Positions 16,527 through 25,325 of a stretch of 32,000 bases of DNA are shown one piece after another. The position numbers and the translations under genes were made by a program. Numbering within the stretch: position 1 is the stretch's first letter; every line of letters starts with the position of its first letter. The stretch is from positions 16,999 to 48,998 of the forward strand of contig JAZAUD010000018.1 of assembly GCA_036373775.1 (NCBI GenBank), in the 5' to 3' direction. Source of the stretch: Oscillospiraceae bacterium (GTDB lineage: Bacteria; Bacillota; Clostridia; Oscillospirales; Ruminococcaceae). The notes below the pieces were generated by a model that saw nothing but the letters and a program-made list of their open reading frames with translations, was not told the origin of the DNA and ran no database searches.

Positions 16527-17287
16527 AATTGCTTTTTATTGGGGATGTTGTCGGAGAAGTCGGCTGTTTGTTCCTTCAAAAACAATTACCCAAATTGAAA
16601 AAGGATTACCAAATTGACATTGCTGTCGTCAATGGCGAAAATTCCGCCAATGGCAATGGCATTACTGCATACTCCTCGAAACAGATTTTCCGTGCTGGTG
16701 CGGATATTATCACCACCGGAAATCATGCTTTTCAACGGCGAACTGACTGGAAAATTTTTGACAATGATTGTATTATCCGCCCTGCCAATTATGGGGATGC
16801 TTGTGTTGGAAAGGGTTACACCATCCTAGACATGGGAAGCTGTCAGATTGCTGTCATCAATGCACAGGGCTTGCTTTTCATGCAGACACTCGAAAATCCA
16901 TTTGATACGGTTGACAATATCCTGAAACAGCTGGAAACCCCCTGTATCTTTGTAGATTTTCACGCAGAGGCAACCTCCGAAAAAAAGGCGATGGGCTTTC
17001 ACCTCGCCGGACGTGTGACCGCTGTCATGGGTACACATACCCATGTCCAGACGGCGGATGCTTGTATTTTAGAAGGGCATACCGGATATATTACTGATGT
17101 TGGAATGACTGGAGTAGAGGATTCTATTCTTGGTGTGCGTAAAGATGTTGCACTTGACAGAATGCGCTTGCACCTTCCGACACGCTTTCAGGAGGCAGAA
17201 GGAGACTGTTTTTTGAATGGGGTCATTGTGGAATTTGAAAAAAAATGTGGTAAATGTACGAAAATGACCCCTCTAATTATTAGATAA
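16523..17287 (+). CDS. ymdB: YmdB-family metallophosphoesterase (2',3'-cyclic-nucleotide 2'-phosphodiesterase, TIGR00282)
   Basis: MKLLFIGDVVG, VVNGENSANGNGIT, TTGNH, DFHAEATSEK and GTHTHVQTAD motifs. The ATG overlaps the upstream stop (ATGA). Confidence 0.93.
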   Translation: MKLLFIGDVVGEVGCLFLQKQLPKLKKDYQIDIAVVNGENSANGNGITAYSSKQIFRAGADIITTGNHAFQRRTDWKIFDNDCIIRPANYGDACVGKGYTILDMGSCQIAVINAQGLLFMQTLENPFDTVDNILKQLETPCIFVDFHAEATSEKKAMGFHLAGRVTAVMGTHTHVQTADACILEGHTGYITDVGMTGVEDSILGVRKDVALDRMRLHLPTRFQEAEGDCFLNGVIVEFEKKCGKCTKMTPLIIR

Positions 17288-17310
17288 TTCACAAAATTTG
17301 TATTACCCTA

Positions 17311-17339
17311 TTGCAATTTTTACAAGAATGTGGTATAAT
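17311..17339 (+). promoter_or_regulatory. spoVS promoter
   Basis: TTGCAA, 17-nt spacer, TGg-TATAAT. Confidence 0.55.
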
Positions 17340-17407
17340 ACAGAGGAATGAGAATAGCTCATTCTTGGCACTATATAAAAACTATCTATTTACTCAAGGA
17401 GGTTCTT

Positions 17408-17668
17408 ATGGAAGTATTGAAAGTTTCTTCCCGTTCAGTCCCCAACTCTGTTGCAGGTGCTATCGCAGGTGTTATCCGTGAAAACAAGAGTGTCGAAATT
17501 CAGGCAGTGGGTGCTGGCGCAGCAAATCAGGCTATCAAGTCCGTAGCAATTGCAAGGGGTTATCTTGCACCGATTGGGATTGACCTTATCTGTATTCCGG
17601 CATTTACCAGCATTCAGATTGACGGTGAAGACCGCACCGCCATTAAGCTCATTTGCGAGCCGAGATAA
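17408..17668 (+). CDS. spoVS: stage V sporulation protein S
   Basis: 86 aa: MEVLKVSSRSVPNSVAGAIAGVIRE...AIKLICEPR, a highly characteristic sequence. AAGGAGG RBS. The track ORF start at 17348 lies upstream of the RBS. Confidence 0.95.
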   Translation: MEVLKVSSRSVPNSVAGAIAGVIRENKSVEIQAVGAGAANQAIKSVAIARGYLAPIGIDLICIPAFTSIQIDGEDRTAIKLICEPR

Positions 17669-17693
17669 ACAACGGACTACAAGCAAACAAATC

Positions 17694-17731
17694 AAAAAAA
17701 GGGACTTGCCTCATGGTAAGCCCTTATTTTT
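17694..17731. terminator. bidirectional terminator (spoVS and the convergent membrane-protein gene)
   Basis: AAAAAAAGGGACTTGCC-tcat-GGTAAGCCCTTATTTTT. Confidence 0.8.
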
Positions 17732-17732
17732 G

Positions 17733-18341
17733 TTATTGATTGTTAAGTAAATAAGGTATCAGCCACGCAAGCAAACCTAATGTGATACCCAAAATTGTAG
17801 CAATGATTCTCAATTTGCGATTCTTCATAATTGCAAGTATCAGCACAATAAATAATACAATGCAAAATACAGCAGAAAAAACATGATGCTGCTTGACATA
17901 GCTAATAACATGATTTGTTAGGTATATCAACACAAAAGAAAGAATCAATGGTGCATATAATTTTTCTTTTCTCGTGTACCATCCCACCCATGCCATGGGG
18001 AACGTAAACAATGTATAGATGAACCAACCGAAATAATAACGTTGAAACAAATCAATTCCGTTTGGTTGTACTAAAAATACTATGGGTTGACTAATCAAAA
18101 AGAAGATAAATGTTTTGATTGCTGATTCTTTGGGCGTTTCGGAATTGCTGATGATGACCATTGCAAAGAAAATCCACCATTCAAAGCCAACCCCAATATC
18201 ACGGATTGAAGTGTCCTCAAATGCAGGAACTGTCAATACCATTCCTGTATATACTCCAATGATAACAGCAAATGGAAGAAGAAATTTCCACGGAATACGA
18301 ATGCCACCAAATAATTTTTGAATAGCTTGTATGACAGCCAT
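17733..18341 (-). CDS. hypothetical integral membrane protein (about 6 TM)
   Basis: 202-aa hydrophobic ORF with GGAGGGGG RBS. No family recognised. Confidence 0.75.
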   Translation of the reverse strand: MAVIQAIQKLFGGIRIPWKFLLPFAVIIGVYTGMVLTVPAFEDTSIRDIGVGFEWWIFFAMVIISNSETPKESAIKTFIFFLISQPIVFLVQPNGIDLFQRYYFGWFIYTLFTFPMAWVGWYTRKEKLYAPLILSFVLIYLTNHVISYVKQHHVFSAVFCIVLFIVLILAIMKNRKLRIIATILGITLGLLAWLIPYLLNNQ

Positions 18342-18403
18342 TTTCCCCCTCCTGTCAATGATTATGATTTCATTTGTAATCCGGTCAATTTTGAAAAAAC
18401 ATC

Positions 18404-19183
18404 CTATTCAAAGACAGGAACAAGCAAGACAAATTCCCCTTTCACGTCCTCAATATTGATGATGTAATATTTACAGAAGATATGTTCATAGCTATTGACT
18501 GTGATTTTGTAGGGCTTGTATAATTTGTCAGTGGGGGGCTTTTCTTTGTGCCATTGAGTGAAAGAAGCCTTTTCTTTGCTTAATGTGGCGGATTTCAGCG
18601 AATCAAGTGGGATTTCCCAAACTTTATCTAACAGACCCAGACAAAGCATATTTTTCTCTGTCCAGACGAAAAATTCCTGATTCAGGTGAGAAGTCAAGTC
18701 AGAATCCACCCTTTTCAATTCGTCACCTTTCATTTTGTAGGCACACATCAATAAATCCATATCAAGGGCATTTTCGGGAATATGTAGCTCTTGTTTGGCT
18801 TGCAAGGTAAGTTTGTCAACATCCTGCATGAAATCGCCGAATTCGTCACTAATGGCAACTTGTTTTTGTTTGTGCCTTTCGAAGATGGTAAGCCCTATAT
18901 GAATTCCCCATAATACAACGATTGCAATGATTTCCCATGTTTGAATATTTCCTTGCAATGCTCCACAGGTAATTGTGACCGCACCTAAAAAATCAAACCA
19001 TTTTGCAATGGAAAGCCAGACAGGAAGGGCGGATTTTTCATCCATTTGGTCTGCCTGTTGTTGAGCTTGTTCGAGTTGCTGTTCTGTTTGTGCAGAAATG
19101 GTTCTCGTGACGAATACGTCACCAAAGAAATCATCTGATTCCTGCCCTGAAAGCATCCCGAAAATATTTTTATTTACAGCCAT
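18404..19183 (-). CDS. hypothetical membrane-anchored protein (Gln-rich N-terminus, TM hairpin, ~150-aa C-terminal domain)
   Basis: 259-aa ORF. Its start overlaps the upstream gene by 10 nt. Confidence 0.7.
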   Translation of the reverse strand: MAVNKNIFGMLSGQESDDFFGDVFVTRTISAQTEQQLEQAQQQADQMDEKSALPVWLSIAKWFDFLGAVTITCGALQGNIQTWEIIAIVVLWGIHIGLTIFERHKQKQVAISDEFGDFMQDVDKLTLQAKQELHIPENALDMDLLMCAYKMKGDELKRVDSDLTSHLNQEFFVWTEKNMLCLGLLDKVWEIPLDSLKSATLSKEKASFTQWHKEKPPTDKLYKPYKITVNSYEHIFCKYYIINIEDVKGEFVLLVPVFE

Positions 19184-19554
19184 TTTTTCACCATTCTGTC
19201 AATGGCATTCGAATTGAGCTGTGTTTTCAGGCGGAGCTGGTCGATTTCGCTGTCCATTTCATCCAGAGCCGCTGCACAACGTCCAAAACGCTTGATGTTC
19301 AATTCTTGTTCTTTTTTCTGTTCATCAATGCATTCTTGCAAGGCGACAAATGTACTTTCCATGAGGGAAAGTCTTGTTTCTATGTCTGCAATTTTTTTCT
19401 TGAGTTCTGCATTTTCTCTCTCTAATGCATCAAGGCGGTGCAGTAATTCTTTATTCAAAGCGTTTTGCTTGTCGCCGAAATTCTGTAAAGCCTGACCGCT
19501 CTTTCCAATTCCGGAAACAGGCTCATAGACAATGGCTTTTGATTTTTTTTTCAT
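19174..19554 (-). CDS. hypothetical coiled-coil protein (126 aa)
   Basis: AGGAGG RBS. Heptad-like LDALERENAELKKKIADIETRL. Follows the rmd-like gene. Confidence 0.7.
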   Translation of the reverse strand: MKKKSKAIVYEPVSGIGKSGQALQNFGDKQNALNKELLHRLDALERENAELKKKIADIETRLSLMESTFVALQECIDEQKKEQELNIKRFGRCAAALDEMDSEIDQLRLKTQLNSNAIDRMVKKWL

Positions 19555-19599
19555 GAGTATTTCCTCCTTTTGTTCTTTTTGTATTGCCTTGGATGATAT

Positions 19600-20547
19600 T
19601 CAAGGCTTTTGGATTTGTTGTCTTTCGTACTCTAACACAGAGTAAAGGGTATCTTTGAGCGAATATAGGGGTTTCCATCCTGTATCATTCTGCAATCTGG
19701 AAATGTCCGCTTCAATCAAGGAAACGTCAACAGGGCGCATTTTTTGGCTGTCCTGTTCTATGGTAACTACAACTTGACTGAAACTTATCAGAATATCAAG
19801 CAATTCCTGAATCGAAACGGCTTGACCACTCCCAACATTGTAAGTTGTTCCGGCTGTTCCATGTTGCATGAGGAGTGTATAAGCCCGCACCACGTCCCGA
19901 ACGTCGGAAAAGTCACGCTTTGCGGAAAGATTGCCTACTTTCATAACTGGCGGTTGCAAGCCTGCTTCCATTTGTGCAATTTGTTTCGCAAAATCCCCAG
20001 CCACAAATACACTTGACTGCCCTGCACCAATATGATTGAATGCCCTTACCATCACAAGATTCATGCCGTAGGCTTTGGCATAGACCGCACCAATCATATT
20101 TTGACAGGCTTTTGTCACAGCATAAATATTGACAGGCTTCAAGGGTTCATCCTCTTTGATAGCTTTGGTGCTGTCAAGGGGAAAACCGTATTCTTCCCCT
20201 GAACCAATCAATAGTATTTTTGGATTGTAATTTTCCACCGTGCGCACTGCATCCAATAAATTCAATGTGCCTTTGATATTGACATCTACTGTTTTTTGGG
20301 GGTCTTTCCATGAAATGGCTACGGAACTTTGAGCAGCTAAATGGTAAATTTTATCTGGGCGGTACGCTTCAAGGTAGGCTTTCACGGAATTGCCGTCTAA
20401 TAAATCAAGGTTGGATATTGCCACATTTTGGATTGACAATGTTTCATGAGGTAATTTCACAGCAAATAGATTCTGTTTTTCTGCTTGCAATTGCTGAATG
20501 AGGTATTTCCCCACAAAACCGCCTGCACCTGTTACCAAGACATTCAA
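19600..20547 (-). CDS. rmd: NAD(P)-dependent SDR, GDP-4-keto-6-deoxy-D-mannose reductase-like (Rmd-like)
   Basis: VLVTGAGGFVGKYL Rossmann motif and YAVTK (YxxxK). Clustered with gmd and manC. Unlike Fcl, there is no GHRGLVGS-type N-terminus. The stereochemistry of the product (D-rhamnose vs 6-deoxy-D-talose) cannot be read from sequence. Confidence 0.65.
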   Translation of the reverse strand: MNVLVTGAGGFVGKYLIQQLQAEKQNLFAVKLPHETLSIQNVAISNLDLLDGNSVKAYLEAYRPDKIYHLAAQSSVAISWKDPQKTVDVNIKGTLNLLDAVRTVENYNPKILLIGSGEEYGFPLDSTKAIKEDEPLKPVNIYAVTKACQNMIGAVYAKAYGMNLVMVRAFNHIGAGQSSVFVAGDFAKQIAQMEAGLQPPVMKVGNLSAKRDFSDVRDVVRAYTLLMQHGTAGTTYNVGSGQAVSIQELLDILISFSQVVVTIEQDSQKMRPVDVSLIEADISRLQNDTGWKPLYSLKDTLYSVLEYERQQIQKP

Positions 20548-20562
20548 TGCTGATTTCTCCTT

Positions 20563-21678
20563 TCAAGGGATTTGAGCAAGTATAGCAATCATTTCTTGCA
20601 TTCGCTTTTTGTAATCATATTCCTGTAAGATTCTTTTTTTGGCATTGTCGCCGTATTGCTTCCGGAGTTCGGGAGAATCTGCTAATTTCTGGATGGCAAT
20701 AGCAAGGGCTTTCACGTCTTTCGGGGGGACGGTGATTCCGGTTTTGCCGTCAATGCTGACAAAAGGGACACCGGTGGAAAGTGCTGTATTGATGACAGGC
20801 TTCCCGAAAATCATTGCTTCTTGCTGGACGATACCAAACGCTTCCGAATTTTCTACGGAAGGTAAAATCAAAATATCACAGTCGGAAAATGCCGATTTCA
20901 AGGCTTTATCATTCAATTTCCCAAGAAAATGCACATTTAATCCGTGGGCTTGTTGGCGGAGTTCCGTTTCCAGCTTGCCTGTCCCACAGAGAAATAATTC
21001 ACAATGTTTCACCCTGCGGAATGCTTTCAATAAAAATTCGACACCTTTATAATAGACCAATCTCCCTACAAATAACAATTTGACAGAATCTGAATGTTTC
21101 AGCCTTCTTGTGAGGATGGGCGAACAATTCGCTTTCAGATAGGGTTCAGGGTCAAAGGGATAGGGGATTACATGGCATTTTTCCCGAAATTCCGGTAAAA
21201 ATGCTGAACCGTCAATGTGTCCTTGTGTGGCGGTGATGATGGCATCAGCCCTTTTCAAGAATCCATGCAGTAAAGGCTGATACAATTTCAATAGCTTTTT
21301 CTGCCGGATGACATCGCTGTGCCAAGCGATAACTACCCTTTTTTGGGTTTGTGACAGCAAACAAGCCATATCTCCCAAGGGGAACGGCGTATGAATCTCG
21401 ATAACGTCCGCCCAATTTGCCATTTCCCGAAACTTCCGGAAAAACGCAAATGAAAGCGGACAGGAAAAATAAGTCCCCATACTTCCGCAACGTGTGACGG
21501 AAACTCCCTTGACAGTTTCCTGAATGCCCTTGCCTTGTTCCTGACAGACTAATACCTTTACTTCAATATCCGGCTGACTGCTGAAATATTCCGCTCTTTG
21601 CATGATGAGCGTTTCAATTCCGCCGATATGTGGCGGATAAAATTTGTTGACTTCTAAAATTCTGAGCGGTTTCTTCAT
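20563..21678 (-). CDS. GT4-family glycosyltransferase
   Basis: 371 aa. N-terminal ILEVNKFYPPHIGGIE and C-terminal EAFGIVQQEAM (E-x7-E region). Confidence 0.88.
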   Translation of the reverse strand: MKKPLRILEVNKFYPPHIGGIETLIMQRAEYFSSQPDIEVKVLVCQEQGKGIQETVKGVSVTRCGSMGTYFSCPLSFAFFRKFREMANWADVIEIHTPFPLGDMACLLSQTQKRVVIAWHSDVIRQKKLLKLYQPLLHGFLKRADAIITATQGHIDGSAFLPEFREKCHVIPYPFDPEPYLKANCSPILTRRLKHSDSVKLLFVGRLVYYKGVEFLLKAFRRVKHCELFLCGTGKLETELRQQAHGLNVHFLGKLNDKALKSAFSDCDILILPSVENSEAFGIVQQEAMIFGKPVINTALSTGVPFVSIDGKTGITVPPKDVKALAIAIQKLADSPELRKQYGDNAKKRILQEYDYKKRMQEMIAILAQIP

Positions 21679-21691
21679 AAATTCAGCCCTT

Positions 21692-22837
21692 TCAGGTCAA
21701 AATTTCCTGATATACCTTGTATAATTCATTTGCACTGTGTTCCCACGAAAATTTTTTGGCACGTTCTAAGCCTTCATGGTGTAAGCGTTCCCTTAAATGG
21801 GAATCATCATGCATTTGATGCAAGCCCTCCTGAATCGATTGCACGGAATCTGCCTTGACAATGACGGCACTTTCTCCGACCACTTCCGGCAATGAGGCAC
21901 TGCTTGAAACAAGAACAGGTGTTCCGCATGACATTGCCTCCAATGGGGGCATTCCAAAGCCTTCATACAATGACGGAAATGTGAAAGCCATTGCCCCACT
22001 CATCAGGGCGCACAAGTCCGCTTCATCAATATATTGTGTGAAAATAACATGATTCTGCAATTGTAAGGATTGCACTTTTTCAAAAATGCCTTCATACATC
22101 CAGCCTTTTCCACCTGCCAACACCAAGGAAGCCGGATTATCATATTCTTTCACAAATGCAAAATAGGCTTGAATCAATCGTTCCAGATTTTTCCGTGGTT
22201 CAATTGTTCCCAAATAAAGGAAATACTTTTCAGGGATATGGTATTTTTCACGGACTTTTGCAATTTTTTCAAAGTCCGTGACAGGATGAAATTTTTCAGT
22301 ATTTACCCCACAATATACCACTCTGATTTTATCTTGAAATTCTGGATAATACTTGATAATCTCCGATTTTGAAAAATCAGAATCCGTGATAATTCTATCA
22401 GCTCTTTTCATGGATGGAATCAAGCCCCAGTCAAGCATTTGTTTGGTGCGACCTCTGACCGTTTCCGGAAATGCCTTGTATACCATGTCATGAATGGTGA
22501 CAACTGTTTTCCCTTCAACGTGTGGCGGTACGATATAATTGAAGAAATGGGTCAAATCGTTCTGCTTGCCGAAAAACAGCGAATACGGTACAGGAACGAA
22601 AGTCGAAATTGCCCGATACCCATAAGCAGAACAAAAGCTGTGTCTTGCGGTAACATTTGGTTTCAGGTAGGGTTTGAGACTTTTGGCACATTCCTGTAAG
22701 TGACGGATTGCAAAATAGTTGAGTGTATATTCATGTTCGGGGTGCATTGCAGTGAGGGCTTGAATTTGTCCGGCTTCACAATGTCCGATACCTGTCATTC
22801 TCCCTAATAGGGGGAGCGCATCAAATGCAATCTTCAT
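21692..22837 (-). CDS. GT4-family glycosyltransferase
   Basis: 381 aa. PSLYEGFGMPPLEAMSCGTPV motif. Confidence 0.88.
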   Translation of the reverse strand: MKIAFDALPLLGRMTGIGHCEAGQIQALTAMHPEHEYTLNYFAIRHLQECAKSLKPYLKPNVTARHSFCSAYGYRAISTFVPVPYSLFFGKQNDLTHFFNYIVPPHVEGKTVVTIHDMVYKAFPETVRGRTKQMLDWGLIPSMKRADRIITDSDFSKSEIIKYYPEFQDKIRVVYCGVNTEKFHPVTDFEKIAKVREKYHIPEKYFLYLGTIEPRKNLERLIQAYFAFVKEYDNPASLVLAGGKGWMYEGIFEKVQSLQLQNHVIFTQYIDEADLCALMSGAMAFTFPSLYEGFGMPPLEAMSCGTPVLVSSSASLPEVVGESAVIVKADSVQSIQEGLHQMHDDSHLRERLHHEGLERAKKFSWEHSANELYKVYQEILT

Positions 22838-22840
22838 GTA

Positions 22841-23194
22841 TTACTTGAAATTTCTCAGCAAATTTTCTTTATGCTGAATATCGTCCTGCAATTCCGCCAT
22901 TCTCCCCATCATTTCTTTGACATAGTTCAAAACCTCTTGTTTCTTGACACCTTTTCCAAATAAAGGAGATTTCAAGACCCCTTTTGGAACATTCCGGTAA
23001 TTATTGGTAGAACGTGTACTTGCATGAGGGATTTTCTTGCTGTCAAGTTGTTTATCTAATTCTTTGGCTTCATCCTCTAATGCTTCGATTTGGTCAGCCA
23101 TTTTGGAAAAAAGCTCTAAAACAGGCTCTTTTTCATAAGCGTTTCCTGCCTTTGTTTCAATTAACAATGTATCAATATCTTCTTTAATGCCCAT
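22841..23194 (-). CDS. hypothetical small coiled-coil protein (117 aa) embedded in the glycan operon
   Basis: GGGAGGAGG RBS, 3-nt gap to the downstream GT4 gene. Two helical/acidic segments flank a basic linker. Confidence 0.7.
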   Translation of the reverse strand: MGIKEDIDTLLIETKAGNAYEKEPVLELFSKMADQIEALEDEAKELDKQLDSKKIPHASTRSTNNYRNVPKGVLKSPLFGKGVKKQEVLNYVKEMMGRMAELQDDIQHKENLLRNFK

Positions 23195-23210
23195 AAATAT
23201 CCTCCTCCCA

Positions 23211-24230
23211 TCAATCAGTTACTGTATCCAGTAAGGCAAGGTCATTTTGTACCATTCTCTTGACAAGTTCCTGAAAACTAATTTCACGTTTCCAGCCGAG
23301 AATGGTTTCTGCTTTTGCCGGATTCCCAAGCAATACTTCCACATCTGCCGGACGGAAAAAATCAGGATTGATTTTAACGACAACGTTTCCATTTGCTTGA
23401 TTGATACCGGTTTCATTCAAACCCGTTCCCTGCCAAAGAATGTCAATTCCAGCTTCTTTGAAAGCAATTTCTGCAAATTCTCTGACAGTTCTTGTTTCAT
23501 TGGTAGCAATGACGAAATCATCCGGCTTTTCCTGCTGTAACATGAGCCACATTGCATACACATAATCTTTGGAATGTCCCCAGTCTCTTTTTGCATCAAG
23601 GTTGCCTAATTCTACAAATTCCTGTTTTCCTCTGCTTATCATTGCAGCTGCATGAGAAATTTTTCTGGTTACAAATTCTAACCCTCTGCGTTCTGATTCA
23701 TGATTGAACAAAATCCCTGAACAAGTGAACATTCCATAACTTTCACGGTAATTTTTTGTAATCCAGTGACCGTATAATTTCGCTACTCCATAAGGGCTTC
23801 TGGGGTAGAAGGGGGTTTTTTCTGTCTGTGGCATTTCCTGAACGAGTCCAAACATCTCCGAGGTGGATGCCTGATAAAATCTTGCATCTGGTTTAACAAG
23901 GCGAATGGCTTCCAGTAAATTTGTCACACCAACTGCGTTGATTTCAGCCGTACTTAATGGGGTATTCCAACTCACTGCTACAAAGGACTGTGCAGCTAAA
24001 TTATAGACTTCATCAGCCTGTGAAATCTTCATTGCTGAAATCAGGGAAACAGGGTCTGTCATATCTGCATAAATCAAGTGTACCTTATCACGCAAATGTG
24101 CAATGTTTCCATAATCAATTGTGGCTTTTCTTCTCCAGATTCCATAAACCTCATACCCTTTTTCAAGCAGTAATTCCGCAAGATATGAACCATCCTGACC
24201 GGTGATACCGGTAATCAATGCACGTTTCAA
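23211..24230 (-). CDS. gmd: GDP-mannose 4,6-dehydratase
   Basis: ALITGITGQDGSYLAELLLEKGYEV, STSEMFG, YGVAKLY and LFNHESERRG motifs. Confidence 0.96.
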   Translation of the reverse strand: MKRALITGITGQDGSYLAELLLEKGYEVYGIWRRKATIDYGNIAHLRDKVHLIYADMTDPVSLISAMKISQADEVYNLAAQSFVAVSWNTPLSTAEINAVGVTNLLEAIRLVKPDARFYQASTSEMFGLVQEMPQTEKTPFYPRSPYGVAKLYGHWITKNYRESYGMFTCSGILFNHESERRGLEFVTRKISHAAAMISRGKQEFVELGNLDAKRDWGHSKDYVYAMWLMLQQEKPDDFVIATNETRTVREFAEIAFKEAGIDILWQGTGLNETGINQANGNVVVKINPDFFRPADVEVLLGNPAKAETILGWKREISFQELVKRMVQNDLALLDTVTD

Positions 24231-24254
24231 TGGATAATCCTCCTCTTTTCCTAT

Positions 24255-25325
24255 TTAAAGTAAGTCAATGCGGTTTTCTGTCCGCAGTTCTGTCAAAATT
24301 TTCCTGATGTCCTGCGTGTTATTTTTATGACAAATGAGCAGGGCATCCGGTGTATCAACAATCACAATATCACGAATACCTAGTAATGCAATCAGCTTCG
24401 AGTCACCAGAAACCGTACAGCGTTTGGTATCTACTCCAATGACATCACCGGAAAAAAAGTTTCCGTTTTCATCTTTGGAATTGATTCTTTCTACAGAAAG
24501 CCAACTCCCTACATCATCCCAGCCGAAACTTGCAGGAATTGTATAAATATGGTCTGCTTTTTCCATAATTCCATAGTCAATGGATTCAGCGGGCAATTCA
24601 GGGAATTTTTCATTTAATATGGTGGAAAATTTCTTTGTTCCATAGTATTTGAAAATTTTCTGAATTCCTTGATACAATTCCGGCATGAATTGTTCAAAAT
24701 TCCAGAGAATACTTGATACTTTCCAGATAAACATTCCACTATTCCATAAATAACAATGTTCCTGAAGGTATCGTTTCGCTGTTGCAAGGTTGGGCTTTTC
24801 TGCAAATTCAGCCGTTTGATAAACACCATTTGTTCCACTTCCTGTCACATAACGGATATAACCATAACCAGTTTCCGGATAAGTCGGGGTGATGCCAATG
24901 GTAACAAGGTTTCTTTCGGTTTCGGCAACAGTGACGGCTTTCCGGAGGATGTCAAGATATAATTCATTTGCATGAATTAAATGGTCAGAGGGTAATACCA
25001 TCATGACAGCATCCCCATATTTTTTTTGAATCATAGAAGCTGCAAATGCAATGCAGGGGGCTGTATTTCTGGGGCAAGGTTCACCAATGGCATTTTTTAT
25101 CGGTAAATCTGGGATTTGTTGTATGATAAAATGCAAATATTCTTGATTGGTGATGATATAAATATCTTCCATGGGAAGCAACGGACGCAGACGGTCAACT
25201 GTTTTTTGAAGCATGGTTTTCCCGTCGGAAGTCAGGGATAAAAATTGTTTCGGGTGAGAAGTTCGGCTTTTGGGCCAGAAGCGTTCCCCTTTTCCACCAG
25301 CCATAATCACGGCAGTTATTTTCAT
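24255..25325 (-). CDS. manC: mannose-1-phosphate guanylyltransferase
   Basis: VIMAGGKGERFWP..SR...PKQF N-terminus, 356 aa. The start overlaps the upstream stop by 4 nt. Confidence 0.92.
   Translation of the reverse strand: MKITAVIMAGGKGERFWPKSRTSHPKQFLSLTSDGKTMLQKTVDRLRPLLPMEDIYIITNQEYLHFIIQQIPDLPIKNAIGEPCPRNTAPCIAFAASMIQKKYGDAVMMVLPSDHLIHANELYLDILRKAVTVAETERNLVTIGITPTYPETGYGYIRYVTGSGTNGVYQTAEFAEKPNLATAKRYLQEHCYLWNSGMFIWKVSSILWNFEQFMPELYQGIQKIFKYYGTKKFSTILNEKFPELPAESIDYGIMEKADHIYTIPASFGWDDVGSWLSVERINSKDENGNFFSGDVIGVDTKRCTVSGDSKLIALLGIRDIVIVDTPDALLICHKNNTQDIRKILTELRTENRIDLL

Noticed and set aside
19565-19600. Hairpin GCCTTG-gatgatatt-CAAGGC followed by TTTT on the plus strand.
   Set aside because: It would be a plus-strand terminator, but there is no plus-strand gene upstream, and it partly overlaps the rmd-like stop codon region. 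On the minus strand it has no U-tract. It is probably incidental or at most an antisense-transcription barrier.
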